Source: Antedon mediterranea
Taxonomy: Eukaryota; Animalia; Echinodermata
DNA length: 64,000 nucleotides
Reading direction: 5' to 3'
Assembly (NCBI RefSeq): GCF_964355755.1
Contig: NC_092670.1
Location: 14,618,795 to 14,682,794 of the forward strand
Each line of letters opens with the position of its first letter. Position 1 is the stretch's first letter. Both the position numbers and the translations under genes were made by a program. Below, piece after piece: positions 1 through 11,867 of the stretch. Under the pieces are notes generated by a model, which worked only from the letters and a program-made list of their open reading frames with translations, was not told where the DNA came from and searched no databases.

Positions 1-69
1 GCGAAATGGAAATCGGAAATTCAAGCTCCTATTCAGTGAAAAATTAAACTGTAGTCTACCTAAATATTT

Positions 70-2212
70 AGGGCAAATCATCGGTTGTGGTGTTGAACTT
101 CCTGTAAACATTTGTGTGAACCAAACTGGGTCGAATTTCTGTCATGAGTACTGATTTGTTGGCCTGTGATTTATGACGCCTAAGGGATCTATCTAGACTT
201 ATTTTTTAGAATAATGTACGTACCTGTCAGATACAATTGTCTTGTGTCGTATAATAAATAAGTACTGTAATAGTTACTGAAGTTACTATTACAATCTCGT
301 CAATGAAAACACGAAAATGTATATGCACTTACTTATGAAAACGTATACAGTATTATACTCAGTTATTGAAACAGTAGGTTTAAAAAAGTTTCGTTTGTCT
401 GTAAAATGATGTAATCAAGCTGTTTACATGAGTCTTAATTTATAAGCACATCAATAATAAAATAGTTTATCTATCCTGTAATTGCCGAGATTATGGTCGC
501 TGTTGAATGAAATAAAGCCAATCGGTATCATATTTGTACAGAAACGTTTTCGCGGCCGAAGGGTGTAACCTAAATTCGTTGTATTATTATTATCGTCAAG
601 AACTAACTGTAACTACATAGAAAGTAGGGTATCATAAATTTGGCATTAGCACTCGGGGGAGTGGCTAAGATGAAGTCCGTGGGACTACTAAATATAAATT
701 GTAATGAACCTCGAGGGACATAAATAGGAATATTTCATGTTTCATTATCAATGTATAATAAATGGAAACTGTTTACCGATTCAAATAATAGAAATTGGTT
801 TTTAACATTTTCCGAACCTATTGCAAGTTTATTCTCAAAGGGCCCATATATTTACCTACCGTATGTGTTAAACCAAGGGCTCATAAATTTACCTACAGTA
901 CTTGTGTTAAACCAAACTACTGGATGTTCCATTCATCGCAAATCAATACATTTGTATAATCGTATATTAAATCTATCAAAATAGTATTTTTTAAAGAAAA
1001 TCGGCCTGTCTTCAACATTATGATGGTGTACTCTAGCAATCTATCAAAATAGTATTTTTTTAAAGAAAATCGGCCTGTCTTCAACATTATGATGGTGTAC
1101 TCTAGCTGTTCAACCGGTTTTCAGCTATTAAAAACAATTATCGTAGGAGGAGATAGGAAAATGCGAAGCCTCCTCGCTATGTAACATTAGGGTTGAGGGA
1201 TGGGAAAGCGGATAGGTACAAAGAGGAACAATTTTTAAATATATTCTTTATCCACTGAGTAACGAAATATTTTGTTCATGTTTTATAGGCCTATAAATAA
1301 TATACCTCTAAATACAGTAGGCCTAAAACATTTGCGATTTAATACTTTGTTAAAATTGTCACTGTCATAATCGATTGAAATATTAAAGTACATGTCACGA
1401 TACACCACTACGACGTTTATATTTTTGGTAATTATTAATTAATACAAACGTTGAGAAGGAACTGTCAGTATAAAGTTTATTTGTATATCTAACAGTAGAG
1501 CCTATCCACAGTCTCAGTAATAAAGTTTATTTGTATATATTTTTATATTACATCTAACAGTACGAACATTCACAGTAAGAAATGTTCGATTCAAATGAAA
1601 AATAGTTAATAGGTATTTACAGTATTGTCAAAGTATTGCAAGTTTATTCTCAAAGGGCCCATATATTTACCTACCGTATGTGTTAAACCAAGGGCTCATA
1701 AATTTACCTACAGTACTTGTGTTAAACCAACTCTGGCAGACTGAGAGATTGGGATGTTCCATTCATCGCAAATCAATACATTTGTATAATCGTATATTAA
1801 ATCTATCAAAATAGTATTTTTTAAAGAAAATCGGCCTGTCTTCAACATTATGATGGTGTACTCTAGCTGTTCAACCGGTTTTCAGCTATTAAAAACAATT
1901 ATCGTAGGAGGAGATAGAAAAATGCGAAGCCTCCTCGCATTTTTTTGGCGGGTATTTTTCAAGATGGACATCCATTAGACAGTGTATACCACGATCGGAA
2001 AACACCCCTATTTGGGGCAAATCTTTGAACCTAAATTCGTTTTAATCGTCAATAACTAATTATCTAACTCAATTTAATTAGTAAACAGGGTTACATCAGG
2101 CGGTTAAAATAAGTACCGAAAGTACGAACCAACTTTACATACCATCGAGTGAAAATTCTAGAAGTAAGGCGCGATTTACCGAATTTTGCCCTTACGTAAA
2201 TTTATATATAGA
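70..2212 (-). mobile_element. Non-autonomous Helitron-family copy; 5' end at 2212, internally rearranged, 3' end not found
   Basis: The minus strand reads A|TCTATATATAAATTTACGTAAGGG from 2213/2212, identical to the 5' ends at 15784(+) and 17942(-) and nearly identical to 35851(-). 1180-2212 aligns by eye with 15784-16725 in inverted orientation. 823-1177 partially duplicates 1635-1937. Confidence 0.65.
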
Positions 2213-2546
2213 TACGGTATATACCTATAATATGAAAGCTTTGATGAAAACACTTCACCACTTAAACCTAAACCTTCTTATCCTTCATCATTTTTTTTTA
2301 TCATCAATCTATAAAAAGCTTTTCACATTTTGTCTTTTTGTTTTCAAATCATCAAGGTATACATATTTACAAAACATACAATATAGTAGCAAGAAAAAAA
2401 AAAAAAAAAAAAAAAAAACAAAAACAAAAACAAAAACAAAAAAAACAAAAAACATAATAGATTCATCATTCATGGTATCTCTTTTACATATTTTCTTCCT
2501 TAATCTGGTTGAGCATATACAGTATACCTGCAGATTTACATATTTC

Positions 2547-5143
2547 TTATCTTTTTTTCAGATTTAAACATTTGTAGGAGATTGATTTTTTTTTTTTTTC
2601 CAATAAACTTAATATCTTTACTTTATAAATACAAAATGCTCCTAAAGTGTATAATTTATTTACATAATTATTGTCAGTTTCAAATAAAAGTCTTTTGAAA
2701 GAAAAAACAGGAATATGTATGCTTACTACTCTAATTATTTCGTTTATCTCTCTCCATAAACATTTTACTGTTATGCACTCTACTAACATGTTTATCATTC
2801 TCAATAACATTGCATGTGTCACAACATGGGGAATTTACAAGTCTCCACCTATGTAATCTTTCATTTGTTGGCAATATTCTGTGCAACAATTTAAAATTAA
2901 AATGTGCCAGTTTTTTTTCTTTAAGACCAGAAACTTTCTTAACCCATATTTTTGTCCATGGCATATTACCAAATATGGATTCCCACTTAACCTGTGCCGT
3001 AGGTGTAATATATTGAGCATCTATTATGAATCTATATAATTGTCTAGACGTCATATTTAAGACCTTATTGTTTGTAATAGGTATATCATTTACATTAATG
3101 TCATGTGTTGATTTTAAAATACATTTCCATTCTTTTGGAATGGCTTTCAATATACATGAATATTCACTGATCCAATTTTGTGTACATCTTAACCTTCTTT
3201 TTATCTCTATCGCAGGCTTAAACACATTATTATTTATTACATCATATATTTTTAAAAACCCTGAACTAATCCAGTTACAGTTATATAACGGCTTCTTTTT
3301 AATACATATAAACTCATTACCCCATAATGATTGATTAATAATGTCATCATAGCTTATTGGTTCCTTATTTAATCTATTATTACAAGCATTAGCTACTGCT
3401 ATAGACTTAATAACTGAGAGGTAAAATGGTGGTACGGATATATTACACGGAACTTTTGATAAATTTGAGGTTAATGATTTTGGGCCTATCTTTTCTATAT
3501 AAAATGTAGGTAAATATTTCCATTTGGCATCATCGTTTTCATACAGTCTCCTGTACCATTTAACTTGGAAAGATATTACCTGAGATCTGAATTCTACCAT
3601 TTTTAGACCACCTTGACTGTAATTGGCACACATGGTTTTTCTTTTTATTTTCTCTTTCTTGGTTTCCCCAGGGAAGAGTTAACTCTTCCCTGGTTTCCCA
3701 AATGAATTTAAAAATTAATTTATCCACCTCTTTTATTACTTTTTCTGGTACTAGCAAAATGCAGGAATTGTATATAATTTTTGAGAGCGCTAATGTTTTT
3801 ACAATAGTAATTCTTCCAAAAAAAGTGAGGTGTCTTTTCTCCCATGTTTTTAGGGTATTTTCTAATGCGTCTATTTTTTCTTTCCAGTTCTTTTGATAAC
3901 AATATTCCTTATCATGTCCAACATAGATACCTAATATCCGAATTGGTGTGGATGTCCAAGAAATGTTACCATGTGTGTCCTTGCAGTCTCTTAAACTGCC
4001 AAGCCAAAAAGCATTTGTTTTATTCTTATTTAATTTTAATCCAGAAACCTCTCCAAACTTTTCAATAATACTTATGCTGTTATCTATACTATTTATATCC
4101 TTTAGAAAAAGCACAGTGTCATCTGCTAGCTGTGCAATCTTAATATCTTTAAATATACCATTGCCTGCAGGAACAATCAGGCCTTTGACCATATCACATG
4201 CTCTTATTTTTGTAGCTAGGACTTCAGCTACTAAAATAAACAATAGAGCAGACAAGGGACATCCTTGTCTAATACCTTGGTGCATTGCAAAACTTTCTGA
4301 TTGCCAACCATTATTTGTGAATATACAATTTGTATTGTTATACAGTGCTTTTACCCAGTTCACAAATGAAATACCAAAATTGAATTTATTTAAGGCTTCT
4401 ATTAAAAATGATCTATTGACACTGTAAAATGCTTTTTGGAAATCTAAACTTATAAGTATACCTTCAAGCTGTTAATTTTCCATGTAAGTAATTATGTCCT
4501 CTATTAGTCTTATATTGTCATCACCAAAGCGACCTTTTACATACCCTTTTTGGTCATTGTTTATTATATACTTTGCAACTCGATGTAATCTTGTTGTAAG
4601 AACAAAAGAAGCTATTTTGTAGTCAATATTGAGTAAAGTGATAGGGCGCCAGTTATTTAAATCTTTGTGATCACCTTTTTTGTAAATAAGGTTGATTATT
4701 CCCCTTCTTTGTGACACAGACATTTCTTGTGTGGCAAAACCATAATTTAGTGCATCACAAACCATGTCACAGATAAGGTACCAGAAGAGTTGATAAAACT
4801 CAACTGTTAAACCGTCACTGCCTGGAGCTTTATTTTTTTTCATTTTCTTTATTGCTTGCTCACATTCGAATTAATATCTTTGTATTTTTTTTGTTACCCT
4901 GTGTTGAATTTTACTAGCAATAAATGTGGATGTTCCTCTACTGTGTGATGAGCCAAAGCAGTGGTAGGAATCACCTTGCCATATATCATTCAGTGACTGG
5001 GTTTTATCATTTGTCAAATGTGATTCTTGAATGAAGATGATATCTGCTTTGTTGTCTTTGACCCATTTAAAAATACTAATTTGTTTTTGTTTTTCTCTAA
5101 ATCCTCTAACATTTAATGATAAAAGGTGTATGTTTGGTGTCAT
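2547..5143 (-). pseudogene. L1/Tx1 ORF2 (APE endonuclease-reverse transcriptase), disrupted
   Basis: ORF pieces 4871-5143, 4472-4843, 3560-4363, 2731-3633 and 2547-2822 are collinear L1 ORF2 segments. The endonuclease jumps straight to the pre-RT region at about 4870, indicating a large deletion. Confidence 0.9.
3662..3699. other. Palindromic transposon excision footprint (P-element type), 24 bp plus 7-bp TSD
   Basis: GTTTCCC-CAGGGAAGAGTTAACTCTTCCCTG-GTTTCCC. Removing 31 bp restores L1 ORF2 as FIWETKKEKIKRKTMCANY. Confidence 0.75.
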
Positions 5144-5262
5144 ATGATTATTAAATATAAAACATTTTATAAACTTTATAATTTATCTTAAATAAAAAAA
5201 CTAAATTGTAATAATAAACATTTGAAGTCACATTGCACAGTATGATACAGTAGTTCTGCAAC

Positions 5263-6502
5263 TTACTTCCTTGTAACCCTTTTCCTTAGGTTGATTTTTT
5301 TTTTGGTTTTCTGTGGTGGATTTTCTGGTGATGTTTCCTTTAAATCTTTTTCAGTTCTACTTTCATCAGTGGTAGCCCCTTTCCTTTCATTGTTACTTTT
5401 TGAGTTTTGAGTGGAAGAAACAAAAAAATCTGTTACCTTCTTCTGTTCTTTGCTTTCACTTGCTTCACTAATGGTCTTTTCCTCACTGTCCAAAATTATT
5501 ATATCTTTGTCTTTTACATGTTCTTGTTCTTCATCAGATTCACTTCCGCTGCTGTCATCTGCAGTATCTTGTGAGCTGAACACTTCATCAATATCTACTT
5601 CTGTGTCTGAATTTGGGTTTGCATTATCATGTGATTTATCTTTATCTGTTATCTTTAAGTCTTTATCTGTTATTTGTTTTGGTATTGGAGTGTGCACAAA
5701 TGATTCCCACATACGGTTAATATATGCCCCTGTTGATCCTATTGAGTTGGCTGATATTTGCTGTTGGCCTATTTCATTGTTGCAAGTGCTCATAGTATGA
5801 CCTTCTTGGTGACATTTAAAGCATACTCTATTAGCCTTACATTGATAAGCTTCGTGTCCATTTTTCAAGCATTTGTTACATTTGATCTCTTGTCCTTCGT
5901 GAAACACACGAGCTTTGAAACCATTTAGAACGATTTTCCTAGGTATGGGGGATGACATTTTTTCAACAAAGACAGCCCTATCACCATTGAGCCAACTTGT
6001 CAGTTGTCCGTTGACTCTGATTTTTTGCCTCATTATATCACTTACTGGTTTGCAACCAACCCAATGCTTTTAACCGGTTTGATATCTCGGAGTCCGCTAC
6101 AGACAACGGAATATCTTTAATGAGGATTCTCGTACTGTCCGTTTTGTTATATGCAAGATATGGATTAATGTCGAACACTGTGACATTACAATTTCTTATG
6201 TTAATACCGTTCGTTATTAGTTGCACTCTGTCTTTCCTATCATTGACATAGATTCTCCAGAGATTCCGGATTTTCTGAACACCTACGATGTGATCGGCGG
6301 GTATAATTTTTGTTAATGTAATGCATAGATCTTCATCTCTAAAGAACGATTTATCGGTTGGAATTTGGTCTGCTTTTAAAAACACCGGCTTCACACCACC
6401 TTGTTGTTGCGTTGTTTGCATACCGGCTTTGTTTACTCGGTTGCTCGTAGCTCCCGCTGACTCTGTAGAAGCGGCGGGAGATTTCGGTTGATATGTAGCC
6501 AT
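5263..6502 (-). pseudogene. L1/Tx1 ORF1 (RRM-like region plus two CCHC zinc knuckles), frameshifted near 6040
   Basis: ORFs 6038-6502 and 5263-6033 contain CNKCLKNGHEAYQC and CFKCHQEGHTMSTC, followed by an acidic/basic disordered tail. Confidence 0.85.
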
Positions 6503-6814
6503 TAAGCTACGTTGGATTTTACACGTTAAACTTGAGTATATTATCGTAATATACCAAACGACAAACTTCTTTTTGTTCAGAATCCTTATGTAAATCAGGA
6601 TTACTTACTTAATCCTCGTTTTACAGTGAAATATGGTGTAAAAATAACTATTTTACTCAGAGCTTAGTTTGGCCTGTCACCTTGGTTTCCTGACCAGAGC
6701 GCCCTGTATATTTCAACAATCAAGCCACAGTTATTCTACAATTTATTATTTTCCAAGTGCTAGGCCTACTTTTATTGCATCTTCTTTTTGTATGCTTCCT
6801 CGGTTAATATGGTC

Positions 6815-8012
6815 CTGCACCTCCTTCTTTGTCTGTAGATGGTCTTATACCCCCTTTTTTGTCTGTGGATGGCCTTACACCCGATTCTTTGTCTGTGGAT
6901 AGTGCTACACCTCTTCTTTGTATGCGGATGGTCTTACACCCCCTTCTTTGTCTGTGGATGGTCTTAAACCTCTTTCTTTGTCTGTGGATGGTCTTACACC
7001 CCCTTCTTTGTCTGTGGATGGTCTTATACCTCCTTCTTTGTCTGTGGATGGTCTTACACCTCTGCTTTGTCTGTGGATAGTCTTACACCCCTTTCTTTGT
7101 CTGTGTATGGTCTTACACTCCCTTCTTTGTCTGTAGATGGTCTTACACCCCCTTCTTTGTCTGGGCATGGTCCTACACCCCATTCTTTGCCTGTGATGGT
7201 CTTATACCCCCTTCTTTGTCTGTGGATATGGTCTTATACCCCCTTCTTTGTCTGTGGATATGGTCTTATACCCCCTTCTTTGTCTGTGGATGGTCTTATA
7301 CCCACTTCTTTGTCTGTGGGTAGTCCTACACCCCATTCTTTGTCTGTAGATGGTCTTATACCCCCTTCTTTGTCTGTAGATGGTCTTATACCCCCTTCTT
7401 TGTCTGTGGATGGTCTTAGATAGAAATACGAATTTGTAAAGCGCCAATTCCAGCAACAAGAGATCAAAGGCGCTGTGAACTTTGTTTACATCTTTTCAAC
7501 AACATTCTTCTTCCTTAAGGGTCACATCGTGTCATCGGCAGCCAACTACGGCGCCATTACGTCTGTCCACGACAGTGTGTGTGTATGAACTAGTACACCG
7601 GGGTAACCCCCTACTCGTCTCGAAAGATGTACTAGGTTCTTTAAAGTGCACATGAGCCAGATGTACACTGGACCTACGGTTTATAGTCCTTATCCGAGAA
7701 GACTTGTTCTACCACCAGAACCATGGAGCGAGTGAGCCTCGAACCCTTGCCGATGCTATGGCTATGGATTACGGTTCCACTCTCTAAACCGCTCGGCCAC
7801 ACTCAATACCCATTCTTTGTCTGTGGATGGTCTTACGCCCCTTTCTTTGTCTTTGGATGGTCTTATACCCCCTTCTTTTGTCTATGGATGGTCTTACATC
7901 TCCTTTTTTGTCTGTGGATGGTCTTAGACCCCTTCTTTGTCTGTGGATGGTCTTACACCCCCTTCTTTATCTGTGGATGGTCTTACATCCCTTCTTTGTC
8001 TGTGGATGGGGT
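6815..8012. repeat. 30-bp minisatellite, interrupted by a SINE
   Basis: Tandem units of CCCCTTCTTTGTCTGTGGATGGTCTTAYAC. Confidence 0.95.
7417..7804 (-). mobile_element. tRNA-derived SINE with a Deu/Nin(Meta)-like central domain and an L2-like 3' tail
   Basis: Minus strand: A box TGGCCGAGCGG, B box GGTTCGAGGC, then CTCGGATAAGGACTATAAACCGTAGGTCC...AAAGAACCTAGTAC...GAGTAGGGGGTTACCCCGG, and a tail AGCGCCTTTG...GGCGCTTTACAAAT. The domain name is from memory of the consensus. Confidence 0.75.
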
Positions 8013-8639
8013 GGACCCACTACTTTGATTGATTAAATCATTGTTTCTTGTATGATTAGGAGACCAAAACCTTCAAAGTGATGCCTAAAAATGTCTTGTA
8101 CAGAACAGTTGTAGGTCCATGTCACTAATTTGAGGATTACTCGAATAATTACTTATTGAGATGTCTTTTACGAATTGATTTGGTTTGGATTTTGCTGTAA
8201 AATCAATGACTAGAGAAAATCAAGGAAAAGGATTCAGATGAAAGGTTTTTACAGCAAAGGCACATTACCATAATAATTGAGTAAATTTTTTTAGATGCAA
8301 CGAAAACGAACAGTTTTTGACTAATAAAAGTCGGTCTACTGCACAAATGCAGGATAAGTTTGTGGTAAGTACTTTGAAAAACGGTGTTCCCGAACTTGTC
8401 TCATATGCAACCAAAGAATGTTACTTTACATCAAAAATATTTCCAAATGGCATCTAACGATTGACACATCACAGTTTTGCAAACAAGTCGACATAGATGA
8501 GCTCAGTTATTGCTGTTTCTCAGTGATCTGTCATACTTTACGCCTATCCTATCACATCAAAAGTCAAACATTCAGAATAATAATTCCTGGTTACTTTTGC
8601 ATTAGGTGTCATTTATTTCGGTAAAAAAAAAGGTTCATT

Positions 8640-9114
8640 TATACCAATGTAAACCACATACAGTATGTTCACATAATTATATATGTCAAAGGTCATAAAT
8701 TGTATTTCCAGTCATTTTATGTGAATTATTCTGAACAAAATGACACCAAAATCGATTGAAAATGATCAGTAGTTATTGAGATATACAAATAAGAAGTCAA
8801 AGGTCAAACTGGAAGAAACGTCATTTCCGGTCATTTTTGGACGAAACGTTTCATTAGAGCAAATAAAAATATGTAGTTTGTGAACAATTTAACGCCAGAA
8901 TCAAGTTTCTACTGTTTATAGTTGCCAAGATATGAACATTTTTGTTTTTATTGTGGCTATTTTAAAATCAAGATGGCCGCCATACCGGACGTTGAACACT
9001 TGGCACCCCCGATATTTTGAATCTATATACATCAAAGAAACTTTGTGCCAAGTTTTATGCTTTGGTAATAAAATGCACAACTTGGCTATTTTTATGGCGT
9101 TAACTGCTCTACTA
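8640..9114. mobile_element. Right TIR arm of the Academ-like element, part of the duplicated segment
   Basis: Ends TTAACTGCTCTACTA|CAG, as at 43242. Confidence 0.7.
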
Positions 9115-9139
9115 CAGTGCGTATTGTGTGGTTACTTAC

Positions 9140-10503
9140 CTGGTGATAACTACAAATACCCAGTGGTTCCCAAAAATAGGCATGACTAACTCGGAAAAAT
9201 AGAATCGTCGTTTTTGTCTATGAAAACTCACCATAATCGATTTCCTGATCAGTGCTTTCTTTGTTCCATTTTTGTTCTGCGCAACTGTTGTCATTGCTCT
9301 GGATGAGAAGTAAGTAGTAATCTCCCAGTCTTCGCAGTCGCCAAACAGCTGCTTTTGGATCTCTTTATTCTCCAAAGCCCTCAAGAACTGTTCATAACAT
9401 TCTTCCCCCTCTCTACCACTGGTCGCTGTTGACATGTACGTATGTGACCCTTCGTTTAGGTACCGCCACTTAATATTCTCTAGGCCTGGTTCGTTTAAAA
9501 ACCGAGGGAAATGATTTGTATAATAGGATGGTGCCAGTCTCCACCCGCCACCTGGCCATTTAGGTCCTGCTGTTCCATAGACGTTCAACACACACATGTA
9601 ATCGGTGCTGGGTGGCACATTCGTTTTGCAAGTCTTCGATCGCTACGTTGTACTGTTGAAATAATAGATATACAATTATACATCGTAACTTTCGTCAGTG
9701 CATAAGTTTTGATACCTGGTGAAAAGTATAAATGCCCTCATAAAGCAATGGCACCCCTCATATGAAATAGAATCGTCCAACAATTTAATAATAACCAGTG
9801 TAATCGTTTTTTGTCAGATATGTTCAAACAGAATACATTAACCGCCAATTTTAAACATTGAATTTACCTTGTGTTGTTGAGCCTGAGACATGACTGACGG
9901 AAGGAAGTGACCTCTTGTCAATAACATCATCAAATGCTGCCACGTCAGCATCTCCATCACCGACAGTAAAAGCTGTTACTACAGTGGAGGCATCATCATC
10001 ACCACCACCGGCACCACCGCCGTCCATCAAACTATCCATCAGTGTAGTTACACTCTATAAAATATATTTGATATTTCGTTTATTTTGCGTTACCATAAAA
10101 TAATCTGCTTAACCTATAGGTCTCCTTTGTTGAGGTCTGGGTAAAAACAGTAAACTTGACGTTTGATAATGATATTGTAAAACCTTAACCTTTGGTTAAG
10201 GAAATAATTGATTTAAAAAAATCATAATATTGGCCGACTCTGATACGTTCACAATTTACATCGAGATGTTAAAACCATCAAGTCGTTTATCATGTTTTAT
10301 TTTGAAATATGTGAAGATATACATTCTCTGGTAAACTACTGGTAGTCTTATTGTTAAAGAATCTCACTATATAGAATGCATTTTTGTACACAAGTGGGTG
10401 ACTTTTCTTGTGTTTTTCTGCAGCCATGCTTGGGTACATTAGTGAATGAATTTCACGGATGACATCATCTTCAAGGTTTGACATGTGGCCCTGCGGCATG
10501 ATT
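9140..10503 (-). pseudogene. Orphan multi-exon coding sequence (exons 10503-10323, 10054-9868, 9652-9140), product unknown
   Basis: Canonical AG/GT borders with compatible phases (0 then 1). Deleting one TG from the ACATGTGTGTG run near 9590 joins the third exon into the 160-aa ORF frame. The exon ends CAG|GTAAGT. Confidence 0.45.
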
Positions 10504-11044
10504 CTGTCAGTTTACGGTCAATGTCTCTTTCAGTTTATTTCAAGCTTACGTAGTAATTGTAGCTAATTATTTTTGGAATATTAATACATTTTAACACCAG
10601 AATGATTTTTGGTTTTGGTTTCTAGTAGGCCCACTCATGCATGCTATATTTAATATTGTTTCAAATTGTATTCCTTTTGAAGCTATTGGCAAACATACCA
10701 GGAGATTGCCTTTGTAATAATGAGGACATTTTGGTGACGTATTATATAATACATATCATTATTTTCAATACTGATTAAGTAGAACCGTATCTTGATGTTT
10801 TCCTTAAATAGGCCACCATTGAACAACTTGTTATAGTTTTATATTATCAATCGAAATAAATTTATTCCATAAAACTAAGGATATGTAGGCCTACACAAAT
10901 TTTATCAAAAAGTTATGGAAAAGGGAACTTAAAATAATAACGGCTTTTATTTCAAGACCCCTACAAAATCAATAAGGTATTAATAAGAAGTTATTTATAA
11001 TAACAACAAAAACAAACAAAAGAAAAAAAAAAGTGAAAAGGGGG

Positions 11045-11157
11045 ATTTACCCTCTTGTGTAGGCAGGCCTACTTGTGCTTGTCATTTACCCTCCTATGTA
11101 GGCAGGCCTACTTGTGCTTGTCATTTACCCTCTTGTGTAGGCAGGCCTACTTGTGTC
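11045..11157. repeat. 39-bp tandem repeat, about 3 copies
   Basis: ATTTACCCTCTTGTGTAGGCAGGCCTACTTGTGCTTGTC repeated; it overlaps the 3' end of ORF 11121-11867. Confidence 0.9.
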
Positions 11158-11867
11158 AAATTGTCCAAATGAAATTGTAATAAAGAGTCTCTACTAACCT
11201 GCATGTTCGTGTCCTTATTACGATCAGATGCATAATATGAAGAATGAATCGAAGGTGGGGCTGAAGAAGCGGGAACTGACCCATGGTCGTCTGCATGCGA
11301 TTCTTCTCTAATGGTCTCCAGACCTTCCCCCTCATCTTCCTCCTCGCCATCTGCATCACTAAAACCATCAATATTGTTCCCAATGGAGTTAACCATCTTG
11401 TCATTAGTACTGACATCGGCTCCTGATATTGGATTTTTAATCAGAATTGTGCGTCTGGAAACCGCCTTGTCGGTGATGGAATCAACCTTCGCCAGGAACA
11501 CCCTGCAGAAGAAATCTTTGGTTTTTCCGAACCCTTTGATACTGCTTGCTTCTGTCGATATGCTGTGTACTAAATTACGATACAACTTCTTCGCTTCGAA
11601 TTGTGTTATGTATTTCGAGACATACATGTGGGCTGAGCTGGTTGATATATGCATAAATGTAACCATATCGCTGTCAAGCTTCTCGGTAAAATCTAAAGGA
11701 ATACCATTCACCAGACGTGGAAAAGTTTTATTGTAGTCATCTCCTCGCATAAAAAGACCGCTTCCAGGCCGAGCGTTGATCTCAATTTGGTACCGAGCCA
11801 GTTTTCGGTTTGTAGGTGGTTTCTCCTCGGATAGTTTTCGAAGGTTTGTCTTGAAGATCGGATCCAT
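11121..11867 (-). CDS. Orphan 248-aa ORF or large exon (globular N-terminal half, acidic C-terminal half), function unknown
   Basis: Long open frame with higher GC than the AT-rich flanks. ACAAAATG start just after a TTTAG acceptor-like site; possible donor CAG|GTTAGT near 11199. Confidence 0.5.
   Translation of the reverse strand: MDPIFKTNLRKLSEEKPPTNRKLARYQIEINARPGSGLFMRGDDYNKTFPRLVNGIPLDFTEKLDSDMVTFMHISTSSAHMYVSKYITQFEAKKLYRNLVHSISTEASSIKGFGKTKDFFCRVFLAKVDSITDKAVSRRTILIKNPISGADVSTNDKMVNSIGNNIDGFSDADGEEEDEGEGLETIREESHADDHGSVPASSAPPSIHSSYYASDRNKDTNMQVSRDSLLQFHLDNLTQVGLPTQEGK

Larger units (their letters stand above)
2290..6706 (-). mobile_element. L1/Tx1-clade LINE, near full length but with an internal deletion and frameshifts
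   Basis: ORF1 has two CCHC knuckles. ORF2 has the APE start (LSLNVRG, FIQESH) and RT motifs (KAPGSDGL, WRPITLLNIDYKI, GIRQGCPLSALLF, QLADDT). T-rich 3'UTR and a short polyA at about 2290-2298. Confidence 0.92.
6707..9391 (+). repeat. Segmental duplication copy 1 (paralog at about 40807-43519)
   Basis: Near-identical sequence from TATATTTCAACAATCAAGCC to CCCTCAAGAACTGTT at both locations. Confidence 0.95.

Noticed and set aside
6815-7418. CRISPR-like array of 30-bp repeats
   Set aside because: The units are head-to-tail with no unique spacers, there are no cas genes, and the context is eukaryotic.
6829-8036. ORFs with DGLTPPSLSV or RPSTDKEGG repeats (also at 40929-42127)
   Set aside because: They are by-products of a 30-bp minisatellite that is open in several frames on both strands, with indels between units.
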